Below, piece by piece: positions 35,301 to 48,400 of a DNA stretch of 64,000 nt. Position 1 is the first letter of the stretch. The number at the start of each line of letters is the position of its first letter. The notes under the pieces were generated by a model, which was not told where the DNA came from, made no database searches, and saw only the letters and a list, made by a program, of their open reading frames with translations. The position numbers were made by a program, and so were the translations under genes. The stretch comes from Raillietiella orientalis (lineage: Eukaryota): the NCBI GenBank assembly GCA_036172245.1, contig JAYWIR010000006.1, positions 5,580,001-5,644,000 of the forward strand, read 5' to 3'.

Positions 35301-38300
35301 ACGAGGAGACGCACCGCGGCCTACACCGATGGGGAACGCGGCGGTGCGCGAATCTGGTTTCCCAGCTTCCCGGCAGAGCTGCAGCGCGCCTGCCGATCAG
35401 GAGAACCTTCCTGCGTTGAGGATAAGCGACCGTGGACGCACGCCTGCCTCTTGCGCCCCGTCCGAAGGAGATCCTCGCGAGTCGCAGCGTGGTTGCACGG
35501 GATCGCGTCGAAGGAGAAAAACGAAGGAATCAACGCAGCAAGCGACACTCCCCTCCCCCCTTCTTCCTCTCTCTACAAGGTGTTTCTGCGCGTCGAGGAA
35601 CCTTTCTGCTCTCCGCGAAACGAGATGAGGCAGCCTGTGGAGTCATCTGCCTCGCCGCAGGTGCGCAGTGCCATCTAGGTCGGTCTACTCGAAGGTACGC
35701 TGAACACCTGGGAAGAGGAGCAACCCCCCTCCGCCCCTCCGTTCAGCAGCCTTGCACGGAGGGGGGAGAGCCTCAGCCCGGTGGCAACCCTTTGAGAACG
35801 CGCGAGGCGGCCCGAAAGAGCGCCCTTTGCGGGCAACCTTATCATTCCCAGTTGCACTCGGAGGGGCTTTTCCTTTTCTTCCTTTCTCGCTCCCGTTATC
35901 GGTCAGCATCCTTTTCGGAGAGCGTTCAGTACCGACCCGGAGACGACCTTCCTCCGGTCCTCCGCGCGCGGGCCCGAGCCGGCGCGAGCGCGCGGACGGG
36001 CAGTGGCGGTTGGCCGGGGAGACGTGGCGCGGAGGCCGCTTCGTTGCCTGGACACGTCTCATTCTAAATTTACACCAAACAATGGGCGCGCATCGCAACC
36101 GAGTGGCTGCGAAGAGAGAAACTTCCCAAACTTCCCTGCGGAATGCCATTCAACCAATCGAAAATGGCCGCGCAGCCGCCATTAAAATATTTTCTTTTGC
36201 AATCGTCATTATTTTTCGAGAAATTTGAATAAATTTAGATAAAAGTGCTTTATTCAGATCTATTCAAATTAGGCAGCACACTGTAATTCTTATATTAATC
36301 AGTGATGAATTGTGCATTGCTACGCTCCGAAATATTGTACTTCCTAAGGGAGCTTTAATTACACACGTGATGTTTCCCGAACGTTTCATCAATAGGTGTT
36401 GCTGTGGCATCTGAATGTTCCCGCAGCGGATACGATAAGGAATATTTATGAGCTTATTCGCGGAAGATAAAAGTCATCTTCACTTCGAAATCTTCTGCGA
36501 CCTTGCTGCGGATCATTTCGACCGAACCTTCGGCCGGAGACTTGGCCTGCCTATTTTCCGCTTGGAGTCCTCCTGCTCCCGAATAAACGAAACAAACGGC
36601 AACCCTACGTGTCCTTTTTTTTTTTTCTCTTCCTCAAAATAAAAAAAAAAACAGGAAGACAAAAAGCAAAACAAAAAAAAAAGGAAAGGAAGAGAAGCCG
36701 CTATGGGTCGGTGAGGAACGCCGAGGTGCCCACCGTGGGCAAAGACAGACGTCTGAAAACGAAATCTCGTTCTTCCGTCCACGGAAGGGACTGGATGCCC
36801 TCGGTCGCTGTACTGCTTCGCAACGAAACGGACCACGCCCCACCTCGGAGTCCGAGCAAGGCCGTTGGTGCTGCTGTCGCCGCTGATGGTTCCTCCGTAA
36901 GGAGTCACGGAACGTAAGTGCGCCTCGCGGGCCGAAGAGGGGACGTCCTTGTTGCCATGGTCCCGCTAGGAGAAGGCCGGCGAACGGTGCGAGCTGGGCG
37001 AAACCTTTGTCGCACGTGACCGGAGGGTAGGGATTTTCTCAGAGAGGGGGAGAGAGAATTCCGGGTCCGGAATCCAGGGATTTTCAGGGATGCTGATTCA
37101 AAGCTCGCATGAAGCGGAATGAAAATCTCCGGTGGCCGGGCTGGATTTGGGGAGAATTCGAGGGCAGGAAAGGGGGAAGGGGCGGAGGAGATGGAGAGGG
37201 AGAAGCCATGGCCTTGGATCAACCCCGCGATACCTGGAAGGTGAACGAGTCGAAATGAAGCTCCATTCAAGAGTGCGGCGGCCTCTTCTTTACCTGGTCC
37301 GTCCTCCCCTCCTCCCCCCTCGTCCTCGGTCGACGACGACGGTTGCAGAGGAGGAGGAGTCCTTGGGGACGCCTCCAATTCCCCGCTGCCTGCGTCCCCG
37401 TACCCTTCCCTCCTGGTAAGGAAGAAGCGCCGCTGCTGCTTCAGTTCCATCGGAGCCGGGCGGCGACGCCGTCAGTGACATCTCTCGGGGAAACGAAGAA
37501 GCAGAGTCCACGTGCCGGAAAAAGGGCGGAGGAAAGCAGGTCGGGCAGAGGAGAACGCGCCCAGGAGTCCCACGTCCGCTCCCGTTCCCGTGGTCAGCCC
37601 GAGCCATTGCACCACCGCATGCGACTCGTGGGCCCGCCGCCGCGGCTCCGTAGCGCCTCCTCCGTTCCTCCAACCTCCCGCCCCTTTCTTTTCGACGTAA
37701 ACGAGGGAGAGTAGGGGGTGGGGTGAGGTCCGCACCTGGAGATCCGAGCGCCCTCGCAACGTTGGTTGGGGACCCCGGGAAGGGAGGGGAGTCCCGTGGA
37801 GCTCAGGGGACAACAGCGATGGGGTCGAGCGAGCCCTGGGGCGGAGATCCCCGCCCGCTCTGTTCCTGGCCCCTCGACCTGCGACCCGCCACTTTCACTC
37901 CCGTCCCCAGGGGAGGACTGCGGCGCTTCTCGGCTCCAGTTCGACGGCCCGCCGCTAGGCGGCGGAGTCTCATATCTACAGGAGCCCTCGCGCGCGGGCT
38001 CGGGCGGAGCAAAAAAGGGCCAACACGGGGTCACTCTAGGCTTCCTTCGGCTCTGTGAGGTCGGGATCGAGTGAGGGGAGTTTCGCGGAACCTGCCCTTC
38101 CTCGCTCCCCTTCTGCTCGCTCGCCCGGGGAGTGATCGTTCGTTCGTAGAGAGGGGAGGAAGGGACGGCGTCGGAAGAGGCGCCGCGTGGACGCGGGCAG
38201 GTCGCCTCCCCAGTGTCCCTGTCCACGTGCGGGGCATGCGACCCGCCGCTCCGGGGGCGCGCGCGCTGGCGCGGCGATGACGTAAGAGCGATAAAGAGGC

Positions 38301-39549
38301 GGCGGGCGGGCTCTGCCGGCGGCGGTTGCGACACGACGCCCTGCGACGTCGGGGGGAGCGATCGATAACGCCCGTAATGGCCGGGTCGCGCCGATAACGC
38401 CCTGGCGATAACGGCGGCGAGGGAGGCGCTCACGTGACAGTGCGCCCTGTGTAGGCGCCGCCGCCGCCCTCTCCTGGTCTTCCTGGCGAGGGCGCCGCCG
38501 CCGCCTCGCACCCTCTCCAGGGGTGCCTCTCCCCCTCCTCTCCCTCGCTCCCTTCCTTCCTCTCCCTCTTCCGTCGAGCAGCCGAGGAGTTGCGCCCACG
38601 GTTGTCGCTGCCTGGCGCTCTCTGCAGCACGCCGCCCACACGACGTACGTCCCCCATCCCGCGGAGGCTCGAGGTCGCTGAGTCGAGGGGGAGCTGCGCC
38701 ATCCCTCTGAACGCGGCCTCCATCCTGGTGTGTCCGGTCTGGAGCGGGTCTCCGGCCGCCGGAGGTGCCACTGATCCCAGAGGGCAGGTCGAACTTCCCA
38801 TGACCTTTCCTCCTGAGGTGCGCCTTCGTGTGGAGCTCTACGGAGGAGTCAACCGAGTTCGGGCACCACGCAGTCGCCGTCGGGGACAGCTCCTCAGGGA
38901 CCTCCCCATGCGATGCGACACTGGGCACTAAGGGGGGAAGACAAAAGGGCTGCTGGCTGCGCGCGCCACTCAGGGAGCCCCGAGCGAGGCAGCGACGTCC
39001 GGGTCTGAGAAGAGTGGAGTGGGAGGACGTTCAACGTCATCTATGAATGGCACATGGAAGCTCCTTCCCCTCTCATCCTCAGAGTGGGAGCACCCGCACC
39101 TGCTCAAGCCATCGAGGAACTGATGACCGAGGGAGAGGTGCGACCGCATTCCGCATGAGGTGAGGTGCTTCCCTCCTTCCCTCCTTCTCGCGTGCTCTCT
39201 CCAGACCGGAGCCAGAGCTGGTCATCCTCTCTCTCTGCTGCCATCTTTCTGAAACTCTTTTCTTTGCCTCCTTGCCCTGGTCTGGTGGTTCTGTAGCCCG
39301 GAATCTGCCACGGATAACCCTCTCCCCCCCTTCTTTCCCCCCCCCCCCCATCCTCCTTCCTCTGCGTGCGGAAGGACTCTCTCGCACGCTCTGGGCATCT
39401 CCTGCCAATGCTCGGATGGCGGTGATATCAAACGTTGCTCAGAGGAGAAGGAAGGATCTTGCCGGAAGGGGGCGAGAGAGTTTCGTGGAGGGCACAGGAC
39501 CAGGAAACTGTGGAAGCGTCAAGGTCGCGGCCCAGCATCCGGATACTGC

Positions 39550-40400
39550 CAAAAGGTCATCTTCTTGAGATCCTATCGTCTGGAAGTGGGCTCGCCCCAG
39601 GAGCACGATAGGGGGAGCGCAGAAACTGCTCCCCCGGAAATATCCTAGGAAGTGCGCTCTCAGTCTCGGCCCCAGAGCGGGGCGATCGACGACCTCCCAC
39701 CACCATCTGAGCGTCCTTCAGGAAAAGTTCGACTGGGCCGGGATCGGGAAGAGGGAGGGCCATCGGCAGACAGGCGGCGCAAAGAACGCTAGAATGTGGG
39801 AGAAACGGAGAAGATGGAGGCAATGGCCACACAGCAAAGGAAGGAGAGGAGACCTTGCGTTTGGTCTCGTCTTCGAACGAGGGCGCTGCCGCCGGTTTCT
39901 GTGGCTGTGGACGTGGATCGGAGCTTCCTTCGATCCCCTGTCGGGGAGCTTTAGGGAACTGGAGGATTAAGAAGGAGAGACATCTCGCTTCCCGGGACCG
40001 CTGGCGGCGAGGCTGGAGCCGCCGCGGCTCTGGAGCCCTGCGGCGGCGGAGGGCTGCGGCTCTACAGGAAGGTAGTTGGCCAATAGGAGTAGAGATGGCG
40101 CCGCAGGCGCGTTTTTCCTGCCGGTGAGAGAGGACATTAGCACTCGACATCACTGCGGCAGCTGGGATGGGATGGGGAGGGGGAAAGGGCGGAAGCTGGG
40201 AGAAAGTCCCGCTCCCACTTCCCTGTTCCCGGCCTTGGATATTCGGGAGACACCCGGAGAAACAGGAAAGGCCACACGAGGAAAGCACTCGGGCTGCCGG
40301 ACACATGCATGAATTTACGCGAGGGATGAGCCAGGCAGGAGAGGCCTCTCTGTGGTAGACAAACCACCCGCCACTCATCCGTTTCTGAGAAGTAAACGGG
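39550..40400 (-). mobile_element. Decayed Ty3/Gypsy-like pol fragment
   Basis: 'ALPLPDPGPVELFLKDAQMVVGG' resembles the RNase H start consensus (LxxPD...F.LxTDAS..GVG). Boundaries are approximate. Confidence 0.35.
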
Positions 40401-42099
40401 AAGGAGGGGGAAAAGCATTTTGTACGGAAGTGTTGCCCCCCAGTGGGTGGACGGGCAACGGGGGATGTGCACGCGCGTTCCAGACGGAGGGACCCCCGGG
40501 CAGTGCAGAGTCCTGCCCCTCACTGTTCTCCGTCCCTCTTACTGGTGGTCGGCGAGTTGCCGCGAGAACACAACTGGCCGATCCGACGGGAAAGCCCCAG
40601 CGCGTTGATGAACTCCTCCCGTAGAAGGAGTAAAAGAAGAGGAGGACGAAGAGGAGGAGATGAAGGAAAGAGGAGGAGGGATTGGGAAGAACAAGAGTGG
40701 GAAGGGAAGAGGAAGAGGAGGAATGAAAGAGGAAGAGGAGGAAGGGAAGAAGAGGAGGAGGAAGAGGAAGGGAAAAGGAAGGAGGACCTCGGAGCTCAGA
40801 CTCGCGAAAATGCGCTGCTGAAAGTTTGGAGCGCTCTCGATTGGAAACGCCGCGGTTCCGCCAGGGAACTACTCAGGGAAGGACGTTTCTGGGAGCTCCA
40901 TTCGTACCCTCCTGCCTTCAACGCGGCAAGGGTTTGGCCCGGTGGAGGCGTGCGGTGCGGCTCTTCCTGGAGGACCTCCACTTCTGCGGCATGTGCGCGG
41001 CGACTGTTTGGAGCTTCCCCCTTACTTTCGCGGGGCATCCGAGGGCTCCTTTCACACCCGAGTACGTCGGGGCGTTTATTTTTTAAAAAAACAAACAAGC
41101 ATATATAGGGCCATTGCCCCTACAGCGTCCGATACAGACTCGGAACTTGCCGAGTAGGCAGCGCGCAGGCCGGCGAGTTCGACTCGGCAGCGGAGGGGGA
41201 AGGGACAAATAAAAACAAAAAAAGAAAACACTATTTACAAAAGCAGGGAGGGGTTGGGGAAGGGGTCACGTTCCGCTGGGGTCGTCCTCTACATCCTTTC
41301 CAGGATGCCGGCAAGTCCAGTCTGCATACATCCGACTGCCGTCCTCAGGAAGCGCAGGGCGGAGCGGATGATGTCCCTATGGTTAGGTCCTGGGGGGTTC
41401 GCGGGGTATTCGAGGGCTCCTGGAGCGTCAAGAGAGGGTCTGGGGTGGTGAAGGAGACGGGCAAAAGCATCGCGTCCTCTCCCGTTCGCTCACCTGCCCA
41501 GGGACTTTCGCTGGACGTTCGTCCGCAGGGTTTGCTCGCGGACGCCCTTGTCTCGTAGCCTCCGCGAGGTGGCTCTGAAAAGGGGCTTTTGCCAAGTGCG
41601 ATGGCGTCCCCTTTCGGATTACGGACGGCCCTTTCTCTTCCTCCAGCGGTCCAGAGAGGGAGGCTGCGGGCCACCCATATCCTGAGGCGCAGCGAGCAAA
41701 CGGTTGGGGAACTGCCCGGATGCGCGATGGCAAGTAAGAAAACTCCCAAGAAGCACCCTGGTGCCGGGAAGGAAGAAACCTTTCCAGGAGGTGGAGAGAC
41801 ACCTGGAGATGATGGAAATCCTTGGGTCCTTCTTTTTCTTCTGTCTTCGCTGTTTTCCTTCCAGCTTTTTTTTTTAAGAGTTTTCTTTTTTTTGGTTCGC
41901 TAAGTACCTCAGAGCCGGTCGCGTGCCTCGCGGCGCGCGTGGCTCTTTTTAAACATTAACACACTGTTTTGTTTCCACGCCTGTCCGCGGCAACCCGCAG
42001 GGGGGGGCGTGTAATTCTTCAGTGTAATATTCTTCAGGATAGGGGGCACCCCGGGATGGGGTCCGCCCTATTGAATCCAGGAAGGGCTCGGAGTCCGTT

Positions 42100-42400
42100 C
42101 CTCTCACGCTTGGGGAGGGATCCCCCCCGGAAGGGGGGGATCTCACCTCCCACCCTGGTTGTCTCCGAAGGGGAACCCCGAAGGGAACTCTCCTTCCTCA
42201 TTCTCTCCGGAGGGACACCCCCCCCTTTGCGGGGTGTGGTGGTCCTCTCCATTTCAACTTCTCCGAAGGGAACCCGGAAAGGATCCGCTTCTAGGAATTT
42301 CTTCTCCGGAGGGAACCCGCAAGGGAACCGCTCCTTTATTCACTCCTCTGAAGACAACCCCCACAGGGGTGCTTCCGAAACTCAGAAGGGGCGCTGCAGC
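42100..42400. repeat. Degenerate minisatellite-like array (~40-56 nt spacing, core CTCCGRAGGGRAMCC)
   Basis: The core recurs near 42163, 42205, 42261, 42305 and, more diverged, 42346. Confidence 0.7.
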
Positions 42401-45400
42401 TTCCCGCAGGGAATCGCTCTCGCTTAGCTTCTTTCCTTTGTACACACTCTGTGAAGAGGCGACGACTCGGAGGGACCCCCCAACAAAGGGGGGTCAGCTC
42501 CTTTGAACAACTGGAGAGGTGCCCGTGAGGGCTCCTGCTCCATCTTGAAACCGGAGGCGGTCCCCCCGGTGACGGGGGTCCACTCTCCTTTGCACACAGG
42601 AGGGGGAACTCCCCACTCCTTTATTCCTGGGAGGACCCGAAGGTCGACTCCCATTGTTCCGGCCTTCATCGGCAGGCCGCCGGCTTTATCCACCGCCGGG
42701 GCCACGCCCGAATGTCTCGGCCAACCAGCGCCCTTGCAGGAGAAACTCGGAACCCAAACGACGCAATGGCATCAAGTTATCCGCCCAAGTATTCGAACCC
42801 GCGACGCATGGTGCCACGCGCGGAAGCCTTAACCACAAAGCCATGGAGTGATGGCACAGATGGTGCCGGGGAGGAAGAAACCTTCCAGGAGGTGGAAAGA
42901 CGGAGGCAGGACCGCTTTTCCCGATCTGCCGCTGCGCCCCACCGCGGCGGCCACAGCCGTGGACGCTTCCGGATTTCTTCGTGGATCGCTGGCTCCCGGC
43001 CGGGATCGCCCGCAGGGATGCTGCAGACGTCCGTGATCCAGGCGCATCGGCTGAAGGCACCCCTCGGGACGTGATCGATCGCAGAGGCTTGCCGGGGGAG
43101 AGACAAGTGTTCCTCTCGGATCTGTCCCGTGCAGACCATAAAAAACAGCGGTCCGGCTGCTGGCGAGGGGCTGCTTTGGACTCGGCTGCTCCTCGCGCCC
43201 GGCGAATGTGGAAGAGGGCGAGGCGTCGCGGTGGGGTGCGCTCCTACGTGTTTGCAGGAAGGGAGGGGGAGGATGGAGGATGTGCGACAGGGGCCGACCG
43301 CTGCTGCTGTCGGAAGAAAGCGCCCCCTGGCGCTGCCTTTTCGCCCTCGCCGCCGCGCCGAACGCCGCGAGGAGCGGTACTGATGATGGGGAGGATGGGG
43401 AGGGAGTCACGCAGGCACCGCTTGACGGTTTGCCCAATGAACCGCAGCCGAGCGCGAGCCGCTTCCACCGGGTCCACGCAGCGATCCGAAAAGCGCGGAT
43501 GGATGGACGATGGCTCCTTTGTTTGCTGAACTTGCTCCTGAACTAATTCCGTCCTCCTGCCGGTCGCTCGCGGGTTCTTCTTCCCTTTGTTCCGGCGTCA
43601 GCGCTGGGAGGGAAGTTCAACTCGAAACGCCTCTGCCGGAAACAAAGGAAGCTGACCGTCGCGCCGCGCGATCCGATAAGCGGATGCTACAAATTAGGGG
43701 GGGGGGGGAAAAAGGGAATTCAAATTGCGAGGTCATCCCCTACTGACGCTTCCTCTCTTCACTCGCTGCGGACCCACAACTCGTCAGAAAGGGGGACAGG
43801 CAGCCGTCCTGCTTTCGTTCCTCCTCCCTATCGATTAATCCCGCGACTTTGCTGGCCGCGGAGAAGGGCACTCCCAGTAGGAGGTGAGCCAAACAATTAC
43901 GGGTGGAGACGCTCGGCTCTCAGGAACGTGGACCGCCTCCACAAAGGGACAGATTCCGCTCCAGCAGAGCCGAAGTTCCCGGTTCCTCGAAGGAAATCGT
44001 CGCGTGAGAGGGCCGCGAAAATTCCCGCCTGGGCGTAGGCGAAACCGATCGGCGACCGAGCTGCTCCTTCCCCCCCCCCCCCCACGGCCGAGCAACCTCG
44101 CCCGTTTCCGCGCGATTCACGGAAGGGAGGAAACAAGCCTCCCTCCCAGCACCAAGCTGGCTCTCTCTTCGGGTGCTCGTTTCTCGAAGGTTGCCCGGTT
44201 ACGGTTCCCCCCGCAAGCGTGGCGTTGCTTGCGATTCCCTGGGTCACCTGTGCCGTGTGTGTGTGTGTGTGTGTGTGTGTGTTCACGTGCCGGTGCGGAC
44301 CGAGTGAGACGCGGGAATATTAGTGAGCCGTGCGGGCGTGTACGTTTGGAGGGCAGGGGGAGGCTCGAGCGAGGCTCGAGCCACAGGGCTCCAACGCCGC
44401 AAGCTCTCACCAGCCTGGGAGGCCGCTCTTCCACCTCTCCGCCTCCTAAAGGGACGCCGGTTGCTCTTGCCAGCCATCATGGCTGCTTGCTGGGCAGGTA
44501 AGTTCTCCTCGGGGCCCACTCGTTTCCGATCTGGGAGGATTCCGGGCAGAGGGTGCCCGACACCTGCCGACCAACGTTTGCCAGAAAGAAGGACGCGTTC
44601 TCTCGTCCTCTCCTCGCTTACGACTCGTTCTTCGTTGGCGGCGGCTCTCGACCCATCGATCCCTCCAGAGAGGTCAACCCTTCCCGGCACCTCGTTCCGG
44701 ATGACGGCTCGTTCTTTCGCTTCAGAGTTCCTGGCGCTGTTCACGGGAAAGCTCCCCCCACGTGCGCGAAATGCGCCTCCCCTCCCCTCCCCATCCCCTT
44801 CTCCTTCGCAGGCCTCATCCTTAAGGTTCCGGAGCCCCCTCAGCGAGTGCTTCGAGGGTGCTTCCGTCCCGAGATAAGAGGGAAGAGACGCAGTCAAACT
44901 CATGCAGTGTCCCAGAAGGGATACTCACAATCCGGAGCTGTAGCTGACAAGGACGGAATAAAAAAAAGAAAAAGAAAAAGGAGAAAAAGGGCTACGAAGT
45001 GGGGGAAAGGAAAGAGGGGATGTGGGGGAAAAGGAAAACTTTCGCTTTCGTCTTCTGCAAGTTCGGTTGTCGCGTTTCGGGAATCCCCCAGGGAGGGCGT
45101 GGGGCATCGAAAGTGTCGATAACGGAGACAGGGGGGAGAGGGGATCACGCTCCACCGTTGATGGGCGGTGGCGGTGGGAGAGATGGTGGGATAACCCTTC
45201 GTTGCAGACCTGCCCTTGGCTGCTCGCTCTGGCTCGTGGACGGCCAATGTGGATCCGAAAGCCAGGCGAGCGTCGAACAGCTCAGCGCGAAAAGCACGGG
45301 ACCGGGATTAAGATACTAAGGGGGAAGGGGGGGGGGCGGCGAAGGGACTGTCCTCGCGTCCGGAAGCTCAAGTCAGTGAGACAAAAAGCAAGGACGCCAC

Positions 45401-45450
45401 CTGGAGGTCGTGAGCACGGGCGACGAAGAGGCGCGTGTCTGCGTTGGCGT

Positions 45451-45499
45451 CCCTTCCTGTCGGATTTTCCCAGGTGCGGGGAAAATCCGACAGGAAGGG
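45451..45499. repeat. Perfect inverted repeat: 21-bp stem, 7-nt loop
   Basis: CCCTTCCTGTCGGATTTTCCC-AGGTGCG-GGGAAAATCCGACAGGAAGGG; the arms are exact reverse complements. Confidence 0.95.
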
Positions 45500-48400
45500 C
45501 CGGGAGTCCCGCGTTTGGGTGCGGACCGGGTTCACACGTGGCTCGCCTCATTCGGCACTTTCCGTACCCCCCCCCCCCCCCCCCACGGCTTCGCTTGGAC
45601 GGGAAGGGAAGAGTGGAACCACGGCCCCGTGGGGTAGGAAAGGGGGACGGGGAGAGAGGCAGCTACCGGCTTCCTTTTCCCCTCTTGGATGCGCAGGACT
45701 CTTTGTTCGGCGCAGCTGCCTCTCCCATACGGGCTCGTCTAGCCCCCTCCCTTGCTACCCTGTGTCCGCCCTACTGTCATCCCCTTGATTGGGCTACTTT
45801 CTGCCGCTTCTCCACAGTGCGGCGGTCAGGTCGCCGGAAATGCCCCCAACCACCAGGTGCTGGTCCGCTTTCCACAGGTGACGTTACGGGACGGCGCGCC
45901 GGAACGCGGGCCATCGGTTGGGAGCACTCTACCCCTTGGACATCGGTTGCCCTCGTTTCAAAAGGGAGACGGTGGTGTCTCAGGCTCCTAATTCCCGGAG
46001 ATCCCGAAAGGATGTCCTTGGGAGTCCTGCCTCTATTCTGCTCTCCTTCCCATCCGTCCGTGCGAGAGCGCGAGGAACTCCCTTCCGCTTCGCGTCCACA
46101 TGGACTCCCCAGCCGCGCGCTTTCCGAGGAGGCGGAGGCAGTCCGTCCATCCTCCCCTTCGCAATCGGTTCGACCGGCACACGGGAAGGGAACGCCCTTC
46201 ACGGAGTCCTCCAGAAGTGCGAGGTTTCCCCGGGATTCGCCGGTGCCGAACGAGGGGATGATGTGTTCCACTCGTGGCTTCCGAGGTCGGCGACTGCTCC
46301 TGCAGCTGTGCGGCTTGATGCGCAAGACACCGAATGGGGCCCACACCCGCGGTTGCCACGGTAACTCCGCATCTGGCCGTGCGAGCAATCGGGCGGCGCC
46401 CCGTGTCTCACATGCCATCTCTCGGCAGCGTCGGGACGGAAAATTGTTCTCCGATCTGGCTGGGAGATGTGACCATGGTGACGGCGAAGGCGCGACACCT
46501 CCAGACTTCGTCGGGAAGAGCAGCAGAGGTGAGGGGAGACGGCCACAGGGGTCATCCTTGCCCACGAAAAGGGATGTTTCCGGTCTTCCCCCACCACAGT
46601 GGAGGGAGATTGAGAAGGAAGGCCACGACCGGGACACAGCCGGCCGCGAAGATCGCGGGATGCAGCGCTGAGAATGTGTGCTCGTGGGGGAAGAGGCCAT
46701 GGTCAGGAAGCGCCTTGCCTCCCCCCACTAGCAGGACGTTGACCTGCGCCGGAAGCAAGAGTAAAGTCAGGTCAGCGTGAGAGGACTCGCTCCCCTTTCG
46801 CCTGCCGGCCGTGGCTCCTCTCTCCTGTTCCTTTGTCAGCGGGCCAGGTTCGTTTCCCAGTCAAGTGACTCGACCTCCCCTTTGCACGTGAGCGAAGGAG
46901 GTCTCGTGCGCCGGCCTCCGAGCACCCTCTCTCTGTCCCCCGATTCACCCCCCTCCCCCTCTTCTCGTTCTGCACATGCCAGGCCGGGAGCACCGAGTGT
47001 TCCCGAGTCCATCTGAGCGTGCACCCGAGGCGGTGTCCCGCAGAGACTTTTCCACTACCTGACCGCCTTCTCCACGGCAGCTCGACCTGTTCCCGGAGAA
47101 GGCGCTAACGCCCGTCCCTCACCCGGGTGGCGGGACACCGGCGTCAAAATCCCCCCGGAGGCTATCCTCGACGCCTCGTTGGCTGCCAGGGTGCTCATCC
47201 GCTGGTGTGGTGCCTGGGGGATCCTCGGACAACCGACGACCTGCCACCTCCGGAAACATGGATTTCGGGAGGCGGTGTCCCGGGGGATGACAGCCTCGTC
47301 CTGCTGTCATCTGGGAAGAAGAGGATGTCTCCAGGACGGTGCTATCCGTGCGTCACTTCCCTGAAATTTTCGACCGGCTTCTTCCTTCCCGGAGCTTTTT
47401 CCCAAGGCCCCGACAGCACGCACGTCTCCTGCGCATCTTCGCGCATCCGTCGCGCGTGCGCGCGCATGCGTTTTCCCGGCATGGCTCCCCCGGCGCCGCC
47501 GCACCTCCCGGGTGGGAGAGGAGAGCCGTCCTCCGTCTTCGGCACGCCCCCCGCTGGCATCCCTCCATGAGGACGGCTTGCCTCGGCGTGCGATCCCGCG
47601 CACCCCCGAGCGGTATTCGGCGTGCCCCACGGGACCGGGAAGCGAGGAGCTATCACTGCCTGCCGGTGGCGAGCCACGTCAGCAGCTCTTCCCGGAGCGA
47701 TTTTGAGTTCTCTCCGCCGCGATGGCATAGCGAGGCGCCGACGCTCGCACGGCGCTCCCCTGGCGTGTGGGCCCGCGGTGGCGCGGCTGTGGCCTTTGTG
47801 CGCGGAGGAGCCACCAAGTGCCGTGGGTTAGAATCCCTCCAGGGGAGGGGAAGGGGGGGGGGAAGGAAGGGTCGACGCCGAGAAATAGGTTGACACCCAG
47901 TCACGCCGGGGAGTATATGTAAAAAGTATACATACAAGGAAGTGACAGGATGCGTGATCCTGCCACGTTATGTGGATATAGGGAAGGAAGCTGCCGAGAA
48001 CGGATGCTCAGACCAGCGGGGTCGCCTCGACAACACAGGGAAAGGGGAGACAAACAAAACGACAAAAAGAAAGTGGGGGTTCAAAGAGGGATCACTGCGT
48101 GCTGGAGGTGTCCTCTACATCCTTGTAAGGATGCCGGCAAGCTCCTGTTTCAAGGTTCCCAGATGGGCCATCTTGACGCTGAAGAAGACAGCAAAGCAAA
48201 GTAGATGGAGTCCCTGTCGTTCTGGACTCCTCTGACGTTGTTCCATGCAGCCACCATCCCATTGCGTGGTCAGCAAAGTGCTGCTAGGTATGCGGCCGAC
48301 GTGATGCCATCGCGCTGGAAGAGCCGCTTTCGAAGGTTTCTGGGTTGCCCTCAGAGATCCGCAGGGACTCGGCAGAGACGCGTTCCCATAGGGGAAGGGA

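Larger units (their letters stand above)
41053..48270 (-). mobile_element. Decayed Ty3/Gypsy-like region bounded by related LTR-like repeats (~41053-41293 and ~47891-48119), with an internal ~1.1-kb insertion
   Basis: Integrase zinc-finger-like 'AIAHPGSSPTVCSLRLR/YGWP' at ~41730-41665 and 'IDHVP..AFSR' at ~43080. Both repeats are preceded on the minus strand by CTTGCCGGCATCCT-N4/5-AGGATGTAGAGGAC (LAGILxRM*). It is unclear whether this is one element or several. Confidence 0.5.

Noticed and set aside
41170..41192. GAGTTCGACTC resembling a tRNA T-arm / B-box
   Set aside because: No cloverleaf or A-box; it is part of the LTR-like repeat and is not preserved in the other copies.
42100..42400. 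Repeat-spacer appearance (CRISPR-like)
   Set aside because: Repeats are degenerate with irregular spacing, the context is eukaryotic, and there are no cas genes.
45022..46671. 549-aa + strand ORF
   Set aside because: Non-ATG start, no domain, and it lies antisense within a decayed retroelement-like region.
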